64,000 nt of DNA. Origin: Tubulanus polymorphus (lineage: Eukaryota; Animalia; Nemertea). Position numbers and translations under genes: made by a program. The notes under the pieces were generated by a model. It searched no databases. It worked only from the letters and a program-made list of their open reading frames with translations, and was not told the DNA's origin. The stretch lies in contig NC_134025.1 in the NCBI RefSeq assembly GCF_964204645.1, positions 24,470,299-24,534,298 of the forward strand, written 5' to 3'. This document shows, one piece after another, positions 11,948 to 24,839 of the stretch; within the stretch, counting starts at the first letter, position 1, and the number at the start of each line of letters is the position of its first letter.

Positions 11948-14900
11948 ATGGAGGGAACTCTGTGGAAATGGACCAATTATTTTAGTGGTTAGTTATGTTG
12001 TCTTTATTTCTCGTACAAAACTATAGGCCTATGGCCGGAGGAACACACATCTGACACTGACGTTTCATTTAAAAGGAATTGGGTAGGCCTATTCCTTTTA
12101 TCGACCAACAATCCATAATTATGATAGCCCTCGTAGACATTTGATGCTGTTAGACAAAATCCTGGATTTAATTCTGTTGGTAATCACGATGATGATGAAC
12201 GATGGTAATTTCTACCACAGTACCGACCAATACCGTGACCATATCCTGTTCAATCCTTCCTATAGGCCTATAGAATGCTGTTAGAACAAAATGGCGCTCT
12301 ATTGACCCCAGAAAAATTAGGGTTTAGTATCAGAGAAGAGGGTTAAGGTTAGGTTATTATGCGTTAGGACTCAAAGCAGTAAACATGCTATGGTTCCGTC
12401 ATTGCCATTGGCCCGAATGGTTCTGATGGTTTGAAAGCTGCGCTAGTACGCATGTGCTTGCATTTTCCAACCGCAATTTCCATAACTTATTACTTAAAAT
12501 TTTCCAAGTACCGACACTAGAAATTACTGTGTTGGCACTGTAGGTAGGCCTACAGCGTAATTTGTAAGTTACAAATACTTACCGGTACATCTACATATCC
12601 ATCTTCGTGTAGCTATGGATTTATTCAAATAAACATTGTTTTTGAGAACTACATTTTATATATGTTTGTACTATATTGACTTAAATGTTTTCTATTGTAG
12701 AATTTTAGAGTTCAATAAAGTTCTATTCTATTGTATATGCAACTATAGCCTTACAATGGAATGGATGGGCATGCTTCAGTCAAACCTATGAAATTGATAT
12801 GAAATGATAATGAAAATCCCAAACGTTGCTGGTCTTGCTTTCTAATTGTACATCTGTTAGAGCCCTGAATAAAAAATTGTCGTGTAGGCCTAATTGTCTT
12901 AAAAATGTTGAATTTCAGGTTGGCAACCGCGTTGGTTCGTGCTCGATAACGGAATACTGTCGTATTACAAATCACAGGAAGATGTGAATAATGGTTGTAA
13001 AGGCTCTTTGAAATTGGCCGTATGTGACGTTATTGGTAAGTGGCCATATTCTCATTAAAACACAGAATTATGAATGCCCTCATTTTCTCTTCTAATTTTT
13101 CCGACTTCGCTTGAGAAATATAGTATGCTTCGAGGAGGGTTTGACCAATATCATCATTCATAGAATTTAGCTAAAATAGGGCTATGAACCCTTTTCGGTC
13201 AAATTGCAGATAGGTATACATATAGACGTGTTTTTTTTATCAGTCAATTTTCACACAATTGGTGGCCATCTTCGTCATCAATCCTCTTTCATAGATATGG
13301 AAGAAGTTTTTGAGGAAAATATCAACAGGTTTTTGAACTTATGATTTTGATATTTAATTACCGTCAGCACTGTTACAGGATACATTTGGGGTTACCTCTC
13401 GACCCGGGGAGTTAAATATTGAAGTGTATAGAATTTTCCATTTGTATTGGTACCTATGTATATTTTCTACAACAATTCAATCGCTAATTTGTAGCTCGTT
13501 TTATGATTGTGGTGAGTTTTCAAGGTGATTGGTTTCGTCTTATTTTCACCAGGGGCTTTGAATAGTGGAATAACGTGGTATTGCCTTCATGCCTAGACAT
13601 TTTTTTTACCAGAATAGCAAAAGTTGTCTGTCACCAGGTTCATGACAAGTAGTCACCAGGACCCAGTTCTGCAGTTGTGAGTTAGAGGTAACTCTTGAGT
13701 TAAAGTTAGTTCATTTTCATTGAGTTAACTCCGAGTTTATTCTTAACTCGGAACTGTGGAACTGGACCCAGACAACTCAATGCGGTACTGGTAGGCCTTT
13801 TACGGGACATTTTTACTGCATATCGGCCTAGGCAACAAGTAAGAAAGATCTGTTAAAACATATTGCAAGACTTCTTTCAGATCATAAAGGCTGGTAAAGG
13901 AGCTGACAAACATAAGCAGCAACAGCTGTTTCTGTTGACGATATAATATGTTGGCTGGTTATATATTGTGATTTAGTTATGCATAGGTTTTATTAAAATG
14001 AATCTGTTCTTCTTAGTAGCTTTGTTTGCCTTGTCAGTATTCAATCATTTTGAATTTCAAATCAATTCACGCTGTAAGGATTGTGCATGGAGTTTTTCAA
14101 TCGAAGAGACCAATTTGCAATGTGGTTTCTATTGTACTGACGATCTGAAAAAACAATGACTCTGATACATTCGGAGCCTGCATTTTTAAGATAAAGAAAA
14201 TTCAATAAATCCTTTTCTTAACAATGAACTGTGCACTGAATGTTATTTCGATTTTCAATTACTTTTTACTGGTATTTCTAATTTTTATTTCGATTCAGTT
14301 CATCCGACAGATCCTACGCGAATGGATCTGATAATTACCGGAGAACAACATTTCTATGTGAAAGCAGCCACCCCTCAAGAGCGTCAACAATGGCTTGTGA
14401 TGTTGGGTAGCTCGAAGGCATGTCTCAATTACTGTGGAAAACCGGTCTCACAGCCAGGTACCGTAAATTGTCCCTCGCTTACATGCCTGCATCAAATTAA
14501 TTGTGGTCGGGGCAACAACTCAAATTGTATTTGGTTGATAGGTGATATACAGATTTTCCTTTAAAGAATATGTAGGTCCTTACAGTGCTGTGAAACATGT
14601 GTAACCTAGGAGTTTAATGCATCTGTACGAGTGCAAAAAAATCCAATTTGATTGATCTTGTGCATTAAAGTTCTACTTAGATTGAAGACATTGTTCACTT
14701 AATGCTGGACAAGCGAGGACTGATCTTTCACAAGAAAAGTTTATGATTAAACATTGAAAGTTGTACATTCGTTCGATCTCTGATTTTTTCAGAAGGTATT
14801 TCGGTTGAAGAAATTCGGGCCAAAAAGTCTGAGTTGCGTTTATATTGTGATCTGTTGATGCAGCAGGTTCATTCAGTTAAAACTGCTGTTTCTGAAGAAT

Positions 14901-17900
14901 CGCCCGACAAAGCGGTGAGTACAAAAAGCTCTTACGATATCATTCTTGATTGATAGAAAAGTGTGTGGGTGGGTTATATAAACCAGTAGATATCTTTGAA
15001 AATAGAACTTTGCGTTCTGAATAGAAAGAATGTCTTTTAGAATATGGCTTCCGTAATATGGAATTGAGGCTTATCCATTGAGGAAAATCTCCACGAATCC
15101 ACAATATAAACCTGAATGAAGATTTCATCTGTTGAAAACATTGCCATATGGGGAATATAAGATAGCGTTTGAATTGTGGATAGCGACAAGATACTAACAT
15201 GCGGTCTATATATCGAAGCCTTTATACTATGGGCCACAGCTGTCTTGTGATGATATTCGCGGCATTCCACAGAAGAAGCGAGGAAACAATGTTAGTTCTA
15301 GTCATGATCGATATTTTACTGAAAAGCCAGTTTATTTATACTCGTTACATCATTACATTTTTCAGTATATATTCCTGAAGCGTATTCATAAAAAATTGGG
15401 GAAAAAGGCGTCGATTGATTTCGTTTAAATGTACAGCATATGAAGAAGGGTTCATTCTAAAATCCTAACGATTTTACCTTTTCATTAATTCGGCTATTAC
15501 ACTCGGATTTGACTTCCCAACGTTATGCTCAGCATCAAAGTTCGGTATTTTGGGAAATGATTCCATTAAATAGAACGCTATAATTTCCTATATCTCAAGC
15601 ATATTCAACGTTATCATTGATTATTCTTCCAGAAACTGGATGAAGCAACGTCACTGTTGAGCGCGACCTGTGATACATTTATACATACACTGGAAGAATG
15701 CATGACCATCGTGAATGCTAAACCAGGAAGTGACCATCCTGTTTTATCTGACACACCCACAGCAACATCTCCAGTAAAAGGCATCCTTAGAGTATGTAGC
15801 ATTTCTCGTACATTGTAACCTCATACAGAATATGAATCGATTTCATGGTTTTCAATGAATATGAACTTTGTAGAAAAAAATAGAACTCTTAACCTGTTTA
15901 CTGGTATCTTTATACGTGTAGCCGTATTGAGGAAAGGTGATATGTGGGCAAAAAATAGACTATTCTTTTTCTTTTTCCAGCCCCCATCCAAAAGTCAAAT
16001 AACAAGATCTAATTCCATGGATCGGTGAGTAAATAAATCTACAGTTCAAAATATTTTCTATCAAAATGGAATGACAAAGCTTATTTTTGCCCAACACAGT
16101 GTTTACTGTGTTTAACCTTTATTATAATCAGTGACATTGATAACGTAAGGTGCATCAACCGTAAAACATTGCTCTTTGACGAGCCGGTCATAGTGTGCAC
16201 TGTATGGCTGTAATTAGTCAGTTATCAGAATGTGAATTGTCCAACGGTGCTTTTGATAAAAATTTCCAGTTCAACTTTGGAACCTGATGAAGGGAAATCA
16301 TATAAGGCAGTAGTCCACTCTTGTTGGCTATAAGTTCATAATGCATTATTAAAAGTACTTTGAAGACAGTATCTTGTCCTCGAAGATTTTACTCTAGGCC
16401 TAGGAGTAGTTGGCAATTAACTTATATTGGCTATAAATGATAAAATTAACTCTTTAGTGTGGAACTATCAATATCCTGGTACCCATATTTTCGATATATT
16501 GTATCATTTATCCTATTTTAAATGGGAGATCATACCATATTATTTAGATTCTAGTAATTGGTACCGCTAACCATTTGATTGGTATTCATAGATTAGCTAG
16601 GAGATATGTTACGTAGAAGTTAAGTATCTGCTCTATAATAATACATGTACTGGTAATATGTTTTCAGTGTTTGTATCAGAACTGCATAATCAGCAATTTT
16701 CATCATATTGTTGTAATGATGTCATTCATGCACCCACTTCATAGACGGCTGAAAGCCTACATTATTTTCCCCATATTCAATTGAGTAATAATGGAAAGGT
16801 CTATTTGCGTTTTGATACTGATGATGCTGAAATGCGTTGATTAAGTAATTCTTCCATTTTAGATACATTCCTACAAAAAACTTAAGAACGCAAAGACATT
16901 TGTCGTTCAATGCTGACTCGACGCTGGAAAAGCCACTATCTAATGGGAAAGAATCTCCTGGTGACTCAAATGTCCTCGGTCCAATTGTTTGTGCCACAAT
17001 AAATGAAAATCCGAAGCTGAAACCTGGAAAGATTCCTACATTTTTCACCAATATGCCAATTTCGTAAGTAGTACACTTTTTTATGTACATTCCATTCTAA
17101 TTTGATCTATTTGCTATAACGACTCTGTATAATTATCATATTTTCAGTTTTGTTGATGTAAAATTGGATGAAGATGATGGAATTCCTGTTCTACCATTTA
17201 TTGAAGCCTGCGCTGGAATTTTACCAATATTTGGTAAGTCGGAGATATGGATTGCTCATGTAATTATATAATTGTATGCTCTTTTCAAATGGTAATTAAC
17301 TCTTTGCTTTTATAGATAAACTGAGTCCAACTGCATTTGCTCCAGTAAAACTAGACATATCCGGAAATATTCGGGTATGTAGTGTGCTACTTAATGCTGA
17401 GTGGGGGCTTTATTGCTTTATATAGTATCTATGCTTTACCATAAAATGAGCACTCTTGAGACTCAAGGGGGAATTGTTTATTCTTATGCCTATTGGAAAT
17501 TTCGCCTTTCAGAAAGTACGCCAGAAATATTCGACCGATACTGATGGATTCTCTACGATTCAGAGAATCGTAAAATTTGAAATGAAAGCTAAACAACATC
17601 ACTTATCAAATTCGGCCACAGTTGCAATTTTGTGGCTGAAAAGGTAAAATCAGGGCCCGGTTACAGTCATAACTTAAGTCAAAAATGTGGTTTTAATCTT
17701 AAGACTGGTCTTAATTTTAATCTTAAGACTGGTGCAGATTTGCTAAATGAACTTAGTTACAGTCATAACTTAAGTCAAAATGTGGTCTTAATTTTAATCT
17801 TAAGACTGGTGCAGATTTGCTTAATGAACTTAGTTACAGTCATAACTTAAGTCAAAATGTGGTCTTAATTTTAATCTTAAGACTGGTGCAGATTTGCTTA

Positions 17901-18613
17901 ATGAACTTAGTTGGTCTCAGACTGGCTGGTCTTAAATGTAAGCCATAACTGTGCAACTGACTGGACCTAGAGTCAAGTTGCTTCCTGACTTATAGTTGAA
18001 TCTCAGATTGGATTTATAACCTGCATGTGCATAAATCACCGTATTTCAGATCCATAGAGTTTCTACACGAATTATTGCATGAAGTTCTGATGGGTGAACA
18101 GGACTTGAGCGTTGCAGCAACGAATGCCTATGCAAAGACCTTAAGAAATTACCATGGCTGGGTGGTCAGAGGTGTCTTCGCTGTGAGTATTCTACGATAT
18201 TTTTGCTAAGTATTTACTTACGAAAATAAGTTTTCGAGGAATTTACCATGGGATTACCCTGAAGACTAATAGAGAATTAATCTTGCGTTATTCTTCAAAT
18301 TATGACTTCAGTTAATGCACTACTATCCTGAAGAAATTGAAAAAGTCATGGCTCTTATTTTGTGATACCGGCTTTTGAGTTTTCCAAATTATTATCGCCA
18401 AATTTTTATTTTCAGATGGCAGCACATGCTGTTCCTTATCGTAAGGAGTTTTTACAACATCTAGCAGTCATTCCGGAAACTGCCGATACAAAAGAATTTC
18501 AACAACAACTAATGAGGGACTTAAAAGACTATACAATCAGCCAGGACATTTTGATCAAAGTCTTGAACGAGTTTTACACCGGCAATAACTTAGATTCCCA
18601 GGAACAAGTTTAA
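11948..18613 (+). CDS. PLEKHA8: FAPP2 / pleckstrin homology domain-containing A8 (PH domain + GLTP domain), 482 aa. Exons 11948-11987, 12919-13035, 14299-14457, 14793-14914, 15633-15791, 15981-16024, 16863-17063, 17148-17233, 17316-17374, 17513-17643, 18050-18182, 18416-18613
   Basis: PH domain [36 protein letters not shown]; [15 protein letters not shown]; [17 protein letters not shown]; GLTP motifs [42 protein letters not shown]. In phase throughout (1449 nt). Confidence 0.95.
13660..13768. mobile_element. Palindromic MITE flanked by CAG on both sides
   Basis: GACCCAGTTC...GAACTGGACC with internal inverted symmetry; CAG at 13657-13659 and 13769-13771. Confidence 0.7.
17654..17967. mobile_element. 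MITE of the GGCCC(A/G)GTT family with an internal 77-bp tandem expansion (PLEKHA8 intron 10)
   Basis: Homologous to 50088-50225 (ACTTAAGTC...TCTTAAGACTGGTCTTAA...AGTTGGTCT). Repeat units start at 17660, 17756 and 17833. Confidence 0.8.
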
Positions 18614-19824
18614 ATTGGGAACATTATGACAAAGTGAAATGATTTTTCAATGCATTGATGGCCAAAATCTTAAGAATGTTGAAACTTAAATAATGAAGTT
18701 GATCCAACAAGGTCCAGAAAATGATTTTGTAGATGCTGCATTTGGCCCATGCAATGATTCATTGTTTTCATCGCTTCGATATTTGATTGTCAATTGTAAA
18801 TACCAATAGTTCTGAAGATATGTTCCTTATATAGAAAATGTGTTACCGAAGCTTAAAGATTGATTATTCATTAACTATAAAACAATTCCATCCTCAAGCA
18901 AACATCGTGGTCTACCAACATAACCCCCAAAAATTTGTTTCAATTATAGATGATGAATAATCAATGATAAAGCTTAGGTAACACATTTTCTGACACCCTG
19001 TAGTATTGTGAAAATCATGATATCTGCTGTTCACTTGCATTCCTAGATCAGTAGAGATCAAAGCTGTAACTGAATTGAATTAAATTTTGTTCATTACATT
19101 CATGTACAGAAATAGTGAAAATTTTGTGGTCACAACACAAACATCAATTTTGTATCTATATATGCTCACTAGTAATTCAGAAAGATTTGATTTGATGAAC
19201 AGTAACTGAATCCAAAGAGACTAGTTTCAAACTTTGTGAATTTGTGTTCGATTTACAAATTGATATAATATTATATAATGTATATAGCGATATGATATAA
19301 TAACCATTTAATGGTGTCACATTCTGAATGTGCATTTCTTAAACAATCTAATAGAGGACAAATGTGGTGCTTTCAGATTTTCTTAATAGATTTTTATTTT
19401 TAGCCCCTGGATTGGGCCCTAGTGTTGTTTCATTTCTCTTTTTGTAAACAGTTTGAGTTTATCTTACATTTACAATTGGAATTTTTTTCAGAACAAATAC
19501 CGATATATTATATGCATATTTATCACAGCAACCTACTGTTATACTGTAAATATTCTACTCTTAATTTTAATGTTGTGAAATTGGTCACCATGGTACGAGT
19601 GAATATCCTGGGCAAATCTGGCCCTAAATTTACCATGTTTCGAAAAGGCATCTGGTCATACCGGTATGTATGGATCAAAAGGCATATTAGCCAAGTGCCA
19701 CAAAGCCAATACAAGTGAGTCATTTGATAGTCGGAAAGCGTTTCTTGCTTTTTCTCACTTTCTTATATGTTCATTGCAATCAGTAGATCAGCATGTATTT
19801 TGTTGAATTTAAGCCGCTTAAGGA

Positions 19825-20227
19825 AGGGGCACACAAGCGTTTTTTTTTGCCCAATTGTGGCGAATTTATAAATTGCCCGAAAAAATCGGCCGTGTGACCG
19901 CTCACGACGACGATGATTTTGTCTGCCGACACAGTCGCCCGGCGATGTTTGACATTTTCGCCCGATTATTTACCCCGGCAATCGGATCACCCGCAAATTC
20001 GCTCATCTGCCTGCACTCGGTGAATTCCGCAGAGCGATCCATTTTTATCAACCAATAGGATGCATTGTTGCATCACGTGATTTATGAACGGTATCCCATT
20101 AAACGGCGCACGCTGTCAGAATTTCGGTTTAATCGCTACGTGTTCCCACCCATATTGGGCGTATAAATTCGTTAGCGAATTTAATCATCGCGATCGGGTG
20201 AAAGAAAAAATACGCTTGTGTGCCCCT
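19825..20227. mobile_element. ~400-bp CpG-rich non-autonomous DNA transposon with AGGGGCACACAAGCGT TIRs
   Basis: The TIR at 19825-19840 is the exact reverse complement of 20212-20227. Interior is CpG-rich against CpG-poor flanks. No clean TSD. Confidence 0.8.
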
Positions 20228-21104
20228 AGCTTTGGACGTTGATAGATATTTTAGTCACCTCATTTCGAATTTATGGAAAGTAAGGAATGCGATATGACTT
20301 TTTAATGAAGATGGTTTTAATCACTGTAATTGACTGTCACCACAGTGGAGTGAAATGTTGCCGAATTTTGGTGATTATGATTTGAAGGCAAATATTATAG
20401 TGATGCAGCAGTTTCAAACTGTTCAAGATTCACATCATCAGCTGATGAATAAATAGAAAGTTCATGTAGCATGTTGCCAGGATCACCAAAATCATTGACT
20501 GTCAAGAACTAACTTTCCGCCGAGTTTACCAGCATGTAGAGATCCTGGAGAGTCACTGATGTTAGTGTGCCCATACCAGCAACAGTAATTTCGGGGAAAT
20601 CCCAACTTGTATTTTTCTTGGGGCACAAATTATTTTGACATGTCACACGAAATGGTATGTATCCATATAAGGTTGATTTTGCATGAGTTCTGCCAATTCT
20701 GGAATACTCGTCAGGTGTATGTGTACACGAACTAGCTTACACCAGAATACACTACTCAATATTGTAATGATAGTGTAACAAACCTATGCAAGGCCTCATT
20801 TTCAAAACCAGAATATGTTCAATTAAATCATACCTAGATTAATCTGTCGTAAACCACCTTTCTTGTTGAATTGCTCGAGTAAATTCATTGGATATATTTT
20901 CCACTCATATGTGAAGATAATGCTACTTAACATTTTGCAACATATGCATGCAGTTTGAATTGCAATTTGAATTTTTCTTCTTTATTTTGTTGTTAGTCCA
21001 TCCATTTGTCAGAATTCGTCTTTAATTATGGCTCAGAGGAACAGTTTCTTATTCAATGTTGAGTGAATATATTTTGGAGGGATCTTCATGTTGTTCAATT
21101 GCAG

Positions 21105-21283
21105 AATAAACGAATTCTTTCACGCAAATGTCAGCTATTTCTTAATTTGTATTGTACATGTTGGGGAATAGTCTGGGAAAAAGCAAGTCAAATAAGTGAT
21201 CACCCTGAAGAACCATGCATGTAGTAACCCAGAGGAACCAGAACTACAAGAAACTTTTTTTCATGAATCATGAAGATTTTATT
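21105..21283. terminator. Convergent polyadenylation signals, probably PLEKHA8 (+, 21105-21110) and ADPGK (-, 21283-21278)
   Basis: AATAAA on the plus strand and TTTATT about 170 bp further on. An earlier plus-strand AATAAA near 20448 is an alternative. Confidence 0.5.
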
Positions 21284-21828
21284 CACTATTTATGATAAAT
21301 CACATCACAGGTTTTGCTATTTGGCTTGTAGATATTCAAAATATCAGATGCTTTATACAAAAACTTGAGCAAATCGAAATTTACAATGCATCCTAACATT
21401 AGCCGATAAGGCTCGTTTGTTTCATAGACAAATACCGTAAATCACTAGAAAACCAAAAGTCCTGTAATTCAAAATGCAGATCTACCAGTTAATGAAATTG
21501 TGGTGGTGATTATTTTCTATGTAACAACAAAGTAAAAATTGTCTAAAAGATTTAAATGTGATTAAAGGAAAACATTACAATCATAGAAGAGGAATACTTA
21601 AAACATGATGTACACACATTGCACTTTTACAGCTAATAGATGTGAATTTTTACTGGTCGAAAACTTCTGATACAGACGTACATCGTTCAACAGCAGTGAC
21701 TATCGTTGTGGATGTATATTTTTCAAATTTGAATTCTATCGTTGGAATCATTGGAAGTTCTATCTATCCTCGAGGGCATACAATAATCATTTCTAATTAC
21801 TAGTCAACTACCCGGTATATGTTTCAGT

Positions 21829-24800
21829 TCATAGCTGCAGTACTAAACCGGCAGATGAAATATTATCACCCCCACCTGCAGTCTGCTTCACTTTCGTACA
21901 CACTAGAACCGGTGCAATGCATATTGTGTAATCATCTTCATCCCAACAAGACACCGGTTTGTGTACATCCAGTGGAATCCTTTTACCAGTTCCGATATTC
22001 TCTTTACTAGTGGAAAACGATTCATCCATGATGATTCGGGCCTTCGCCGTGTCGACATTCTTCTCGCCGCAAACGTGTCGATGTGCTGTCAACGCAGCTT
22101 TAGCCGCGGCGGACATGGTATTTTTCCATCCGGTGCCTTTCGTTGTCAAGATCGCCTGGTATGCGAGCGTATGCGCGTGTATCCTCGTTATCACTCGCTG
22201 ACTGGCTGATAGCGTCTGCTTCTTCATGTATTTATACACGTTACGAATGTGATCGAGAGTTGTAGCTACTCTCGGGTATGGATCGGATATTAATGTTACT
22301 CCGCTGCTCGCCATAATACTGTGAAGGTTTGGAAGTTCTTGTTCATTCATGCCCAATGAGTCGCAGTACGGCAATACGTACTTGACTAAGTCTGCAAGAA
22401 GCGACTCGTCAGTAAATGATGCCAATTCGAAGTGAATTTTGGTCGATTTTGGAACTTTTGAGAGGAACTTAGCCAACTTCTCCAAACGATCCTGCCTCTG
22501 TCCTGAAATGAGATGAATCATGGATGAAAGTACTGAATGAAAGTGGCGATGGGTATTCTGACTTGTTGGTTTATATGCCCGTTCTATGAAGTATAAGAAG
22601 TTTCAGTCAATCAGTCTATCAGTTCATAAAATGCTGCCAATTTGTAGAAGACTAGGGGTCTATGTCCACTTGTTCGGTACAGCCTAGAAGTAACATTACT
22701 CATAACGCATCCGGCGTTCGTCGTTTTGTTTTCGTTTTTTGTTTTTGATAAAACGAAATAGAAATGCCAAACAAACTAGTTACTACCGCGAATCAAATTC
22801 AACGCGTCTGGTGCGCACACATCGAATGCACGAACGTATCAATAGCAGCTCCCTTCTTTTCGATTGCAACTTCTTGTATTTGGATGACTACATGGTAAAA
22901 TACATGCAGTAACATTATAAACGCCTAATAGGAACGTTAGAAGTTTTGTTGCACCCATAAGCGTGCAGCGAAACGCGTGATTCTGAAACGGATATTCGTT
23001 GTCCCTAACGAGTGTTGAATGCGGTCGGAACTAAACGAAAATGAATTGTAGAACGCGCTTTGAACGATATAAAACTAAACACAAACGAAAACGGAGTTAA
23101 GTTTCTTCTGGTTCGGCTGTACCGTAGCAGAAAACCCCAATAATTAAATGATCAACACATGATCATCAGATTTTCAAAAATCTACCTTCATCTAAACACT
23201 TATTATGATGTCTTTTATTATTTAAATGGTATTTGATTTAGATGCTAATGGTCTAGATGAAATATTATGGTTATCAATCACTTCAGTAATCTCAATGATT
23301 CACTAGTGGTCTGTAACAAGATGATGGTGCACAGACATATTTATGACATATTTATACATACCTTGCTTAAAAGGAAAATGATCCATCATCTGCAGACCAC
23401 CAATTACCAACAAATTTGGTGAAAACTTCAACATTTCTGGCTCAAAGTCTTCGAGCGAATTAAGGGTTGGGTTCGATTCATCATGATGTACAATGAACCT
23501 ATAATTACATGTAACAAAGACAAAGCCATTGAAAGAAAACACAATGAAAATAATAATTAAAATGCCAAACAACCATTTTGAAGGTCACAGCTCATCAGTT
23601 ATAGTAAAAACTTTTCCGTGACACTTCAGCAAAACATAATCTAGCGAGAATTGATTTTTGACCTATGCAAATGAAATTTGATGAAATGCATAGCATTTAT
23701 GATTAATTTCAATTGTTTAAGACAGATCTGGAGTGATTTTCTGCTTTATTCTAGACTTAACCTTCGTTAAATAAGTGACAAATCAATTGTATCCAAAAAT
23801 CGATAAGTTCTGATCCACTCTTACCTGTTAGCCCTTGGGGCCCAGTATTCTCCCCATTTATCTCCATGCTTATATTCCATAATCAAATGAATATCATCGT
23901 TTTCTAGAGGCTTACCAATAACTGAAATATGTCCAGCAACTTGTCACTTAGGCTATGTCAAAATTATCTTGGTTTCATGTATTGTTTTTATCTTTTATGC
24001 TGCCCAATAAGAACATTTGTTTGAAAATATTTTTTCTAAAAGGCATTAGATTAAATTCATGGAAAGTAATTTAGGAATCTACCTTTCAGTTCTGGACGGA
24101 GGAGACCTTTTAAATGGGTTGAGGCCCGTCCACCAAGAAGCACGTTACAGCCTTCCATTGCAAATCTATTCGCCATAACAGGAGCATTACCACCAAACTC
24201 CCACCTTGTGTGAGCACTTTCTTTCGCAGCTTTCACCATTTTATCCCAAATATCTTTATTTTGAACAAAGCGCCTGTGAAGAAAAGGTTTGAAATGATAA
24301 TAAAGTTATAGTTACAAAAGTTTGTTTGTTACAAAATATTTAGGCGACTCAGTCGTTGCAGTTGAACCATAGCCAGGTCTATCGAGATGAACATATGGGG
24401 TAACATAAGTTGCATCACACACTTCAGCTGAACCTTATTAGTGTATATATTGTGTGGGCAACATTAATAGTTAGAAAGAAGTTGGGCGCACAGCTTACTC
24501 TGCAGCAGCCCCATGTTTGAAGAAATACGCAAACATCTGTTCGACATCTTTTTGAGTTGATAGATAGACTTTGTGTTCGGCAGACAGAGGAGGTTGAAAG
24601 TCGATAATATCGAGCAGTGTGGTCGCATTCACAAAACTATCAAGACAGGCCCCAAATCCAACAGCAACTTTCATCTTCGCAAGCGGTTTTAGAGTAGGTT
24701 TATTTTCGGCACGTAAAAGGCCCTGCAAAATTTCGTCCAGTCTTTTATCGTTGACGCGAACATCTTTTTTGTAAAAATAGGCAATAATTATAAGGAAAGC

Positions 24801-24839
24801 AGGTAATAAAAGACCCAGCTTTGAGCCCATTTCGGGCAT
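21829..24839 (-). CDS. ADPGK: ADP-dependent glucokinase, 479 aa. Exons 24839-24499, 24273-24083, 23921-23825, 23498-23362, 22502-21829
   Basis: N-terminal hydrophobic anchor; VAVGFGACLD, FAYFFKHGAAAERF, GGNAPVMANRF, DDIHLIMEY, APRANRFIVHHD, IHFELAS, DSLGMNEQEL, RIHAHTLAYQ, catalytic TAGGGDNIS. In phase (1440 nt). Confidence 0.96.
22655..23138. mobile_element. Degenerate TIR element in ADPGK intron 4
   Basis: GGGG...CGGTACAGCC (22655-22684) mirrored by GGCTGTACCG...CCCC (23115-23138); CpG-rich interior. Confidence 0.55.

Noticed and set aside
16270-16309. Possible extra PLEKHA8 micro-exon
   Set aside because: An acceptor is present, but the available donors give phase 0, which is incompatible with the phase-2 next exon. 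The flanking exons already join in frame.
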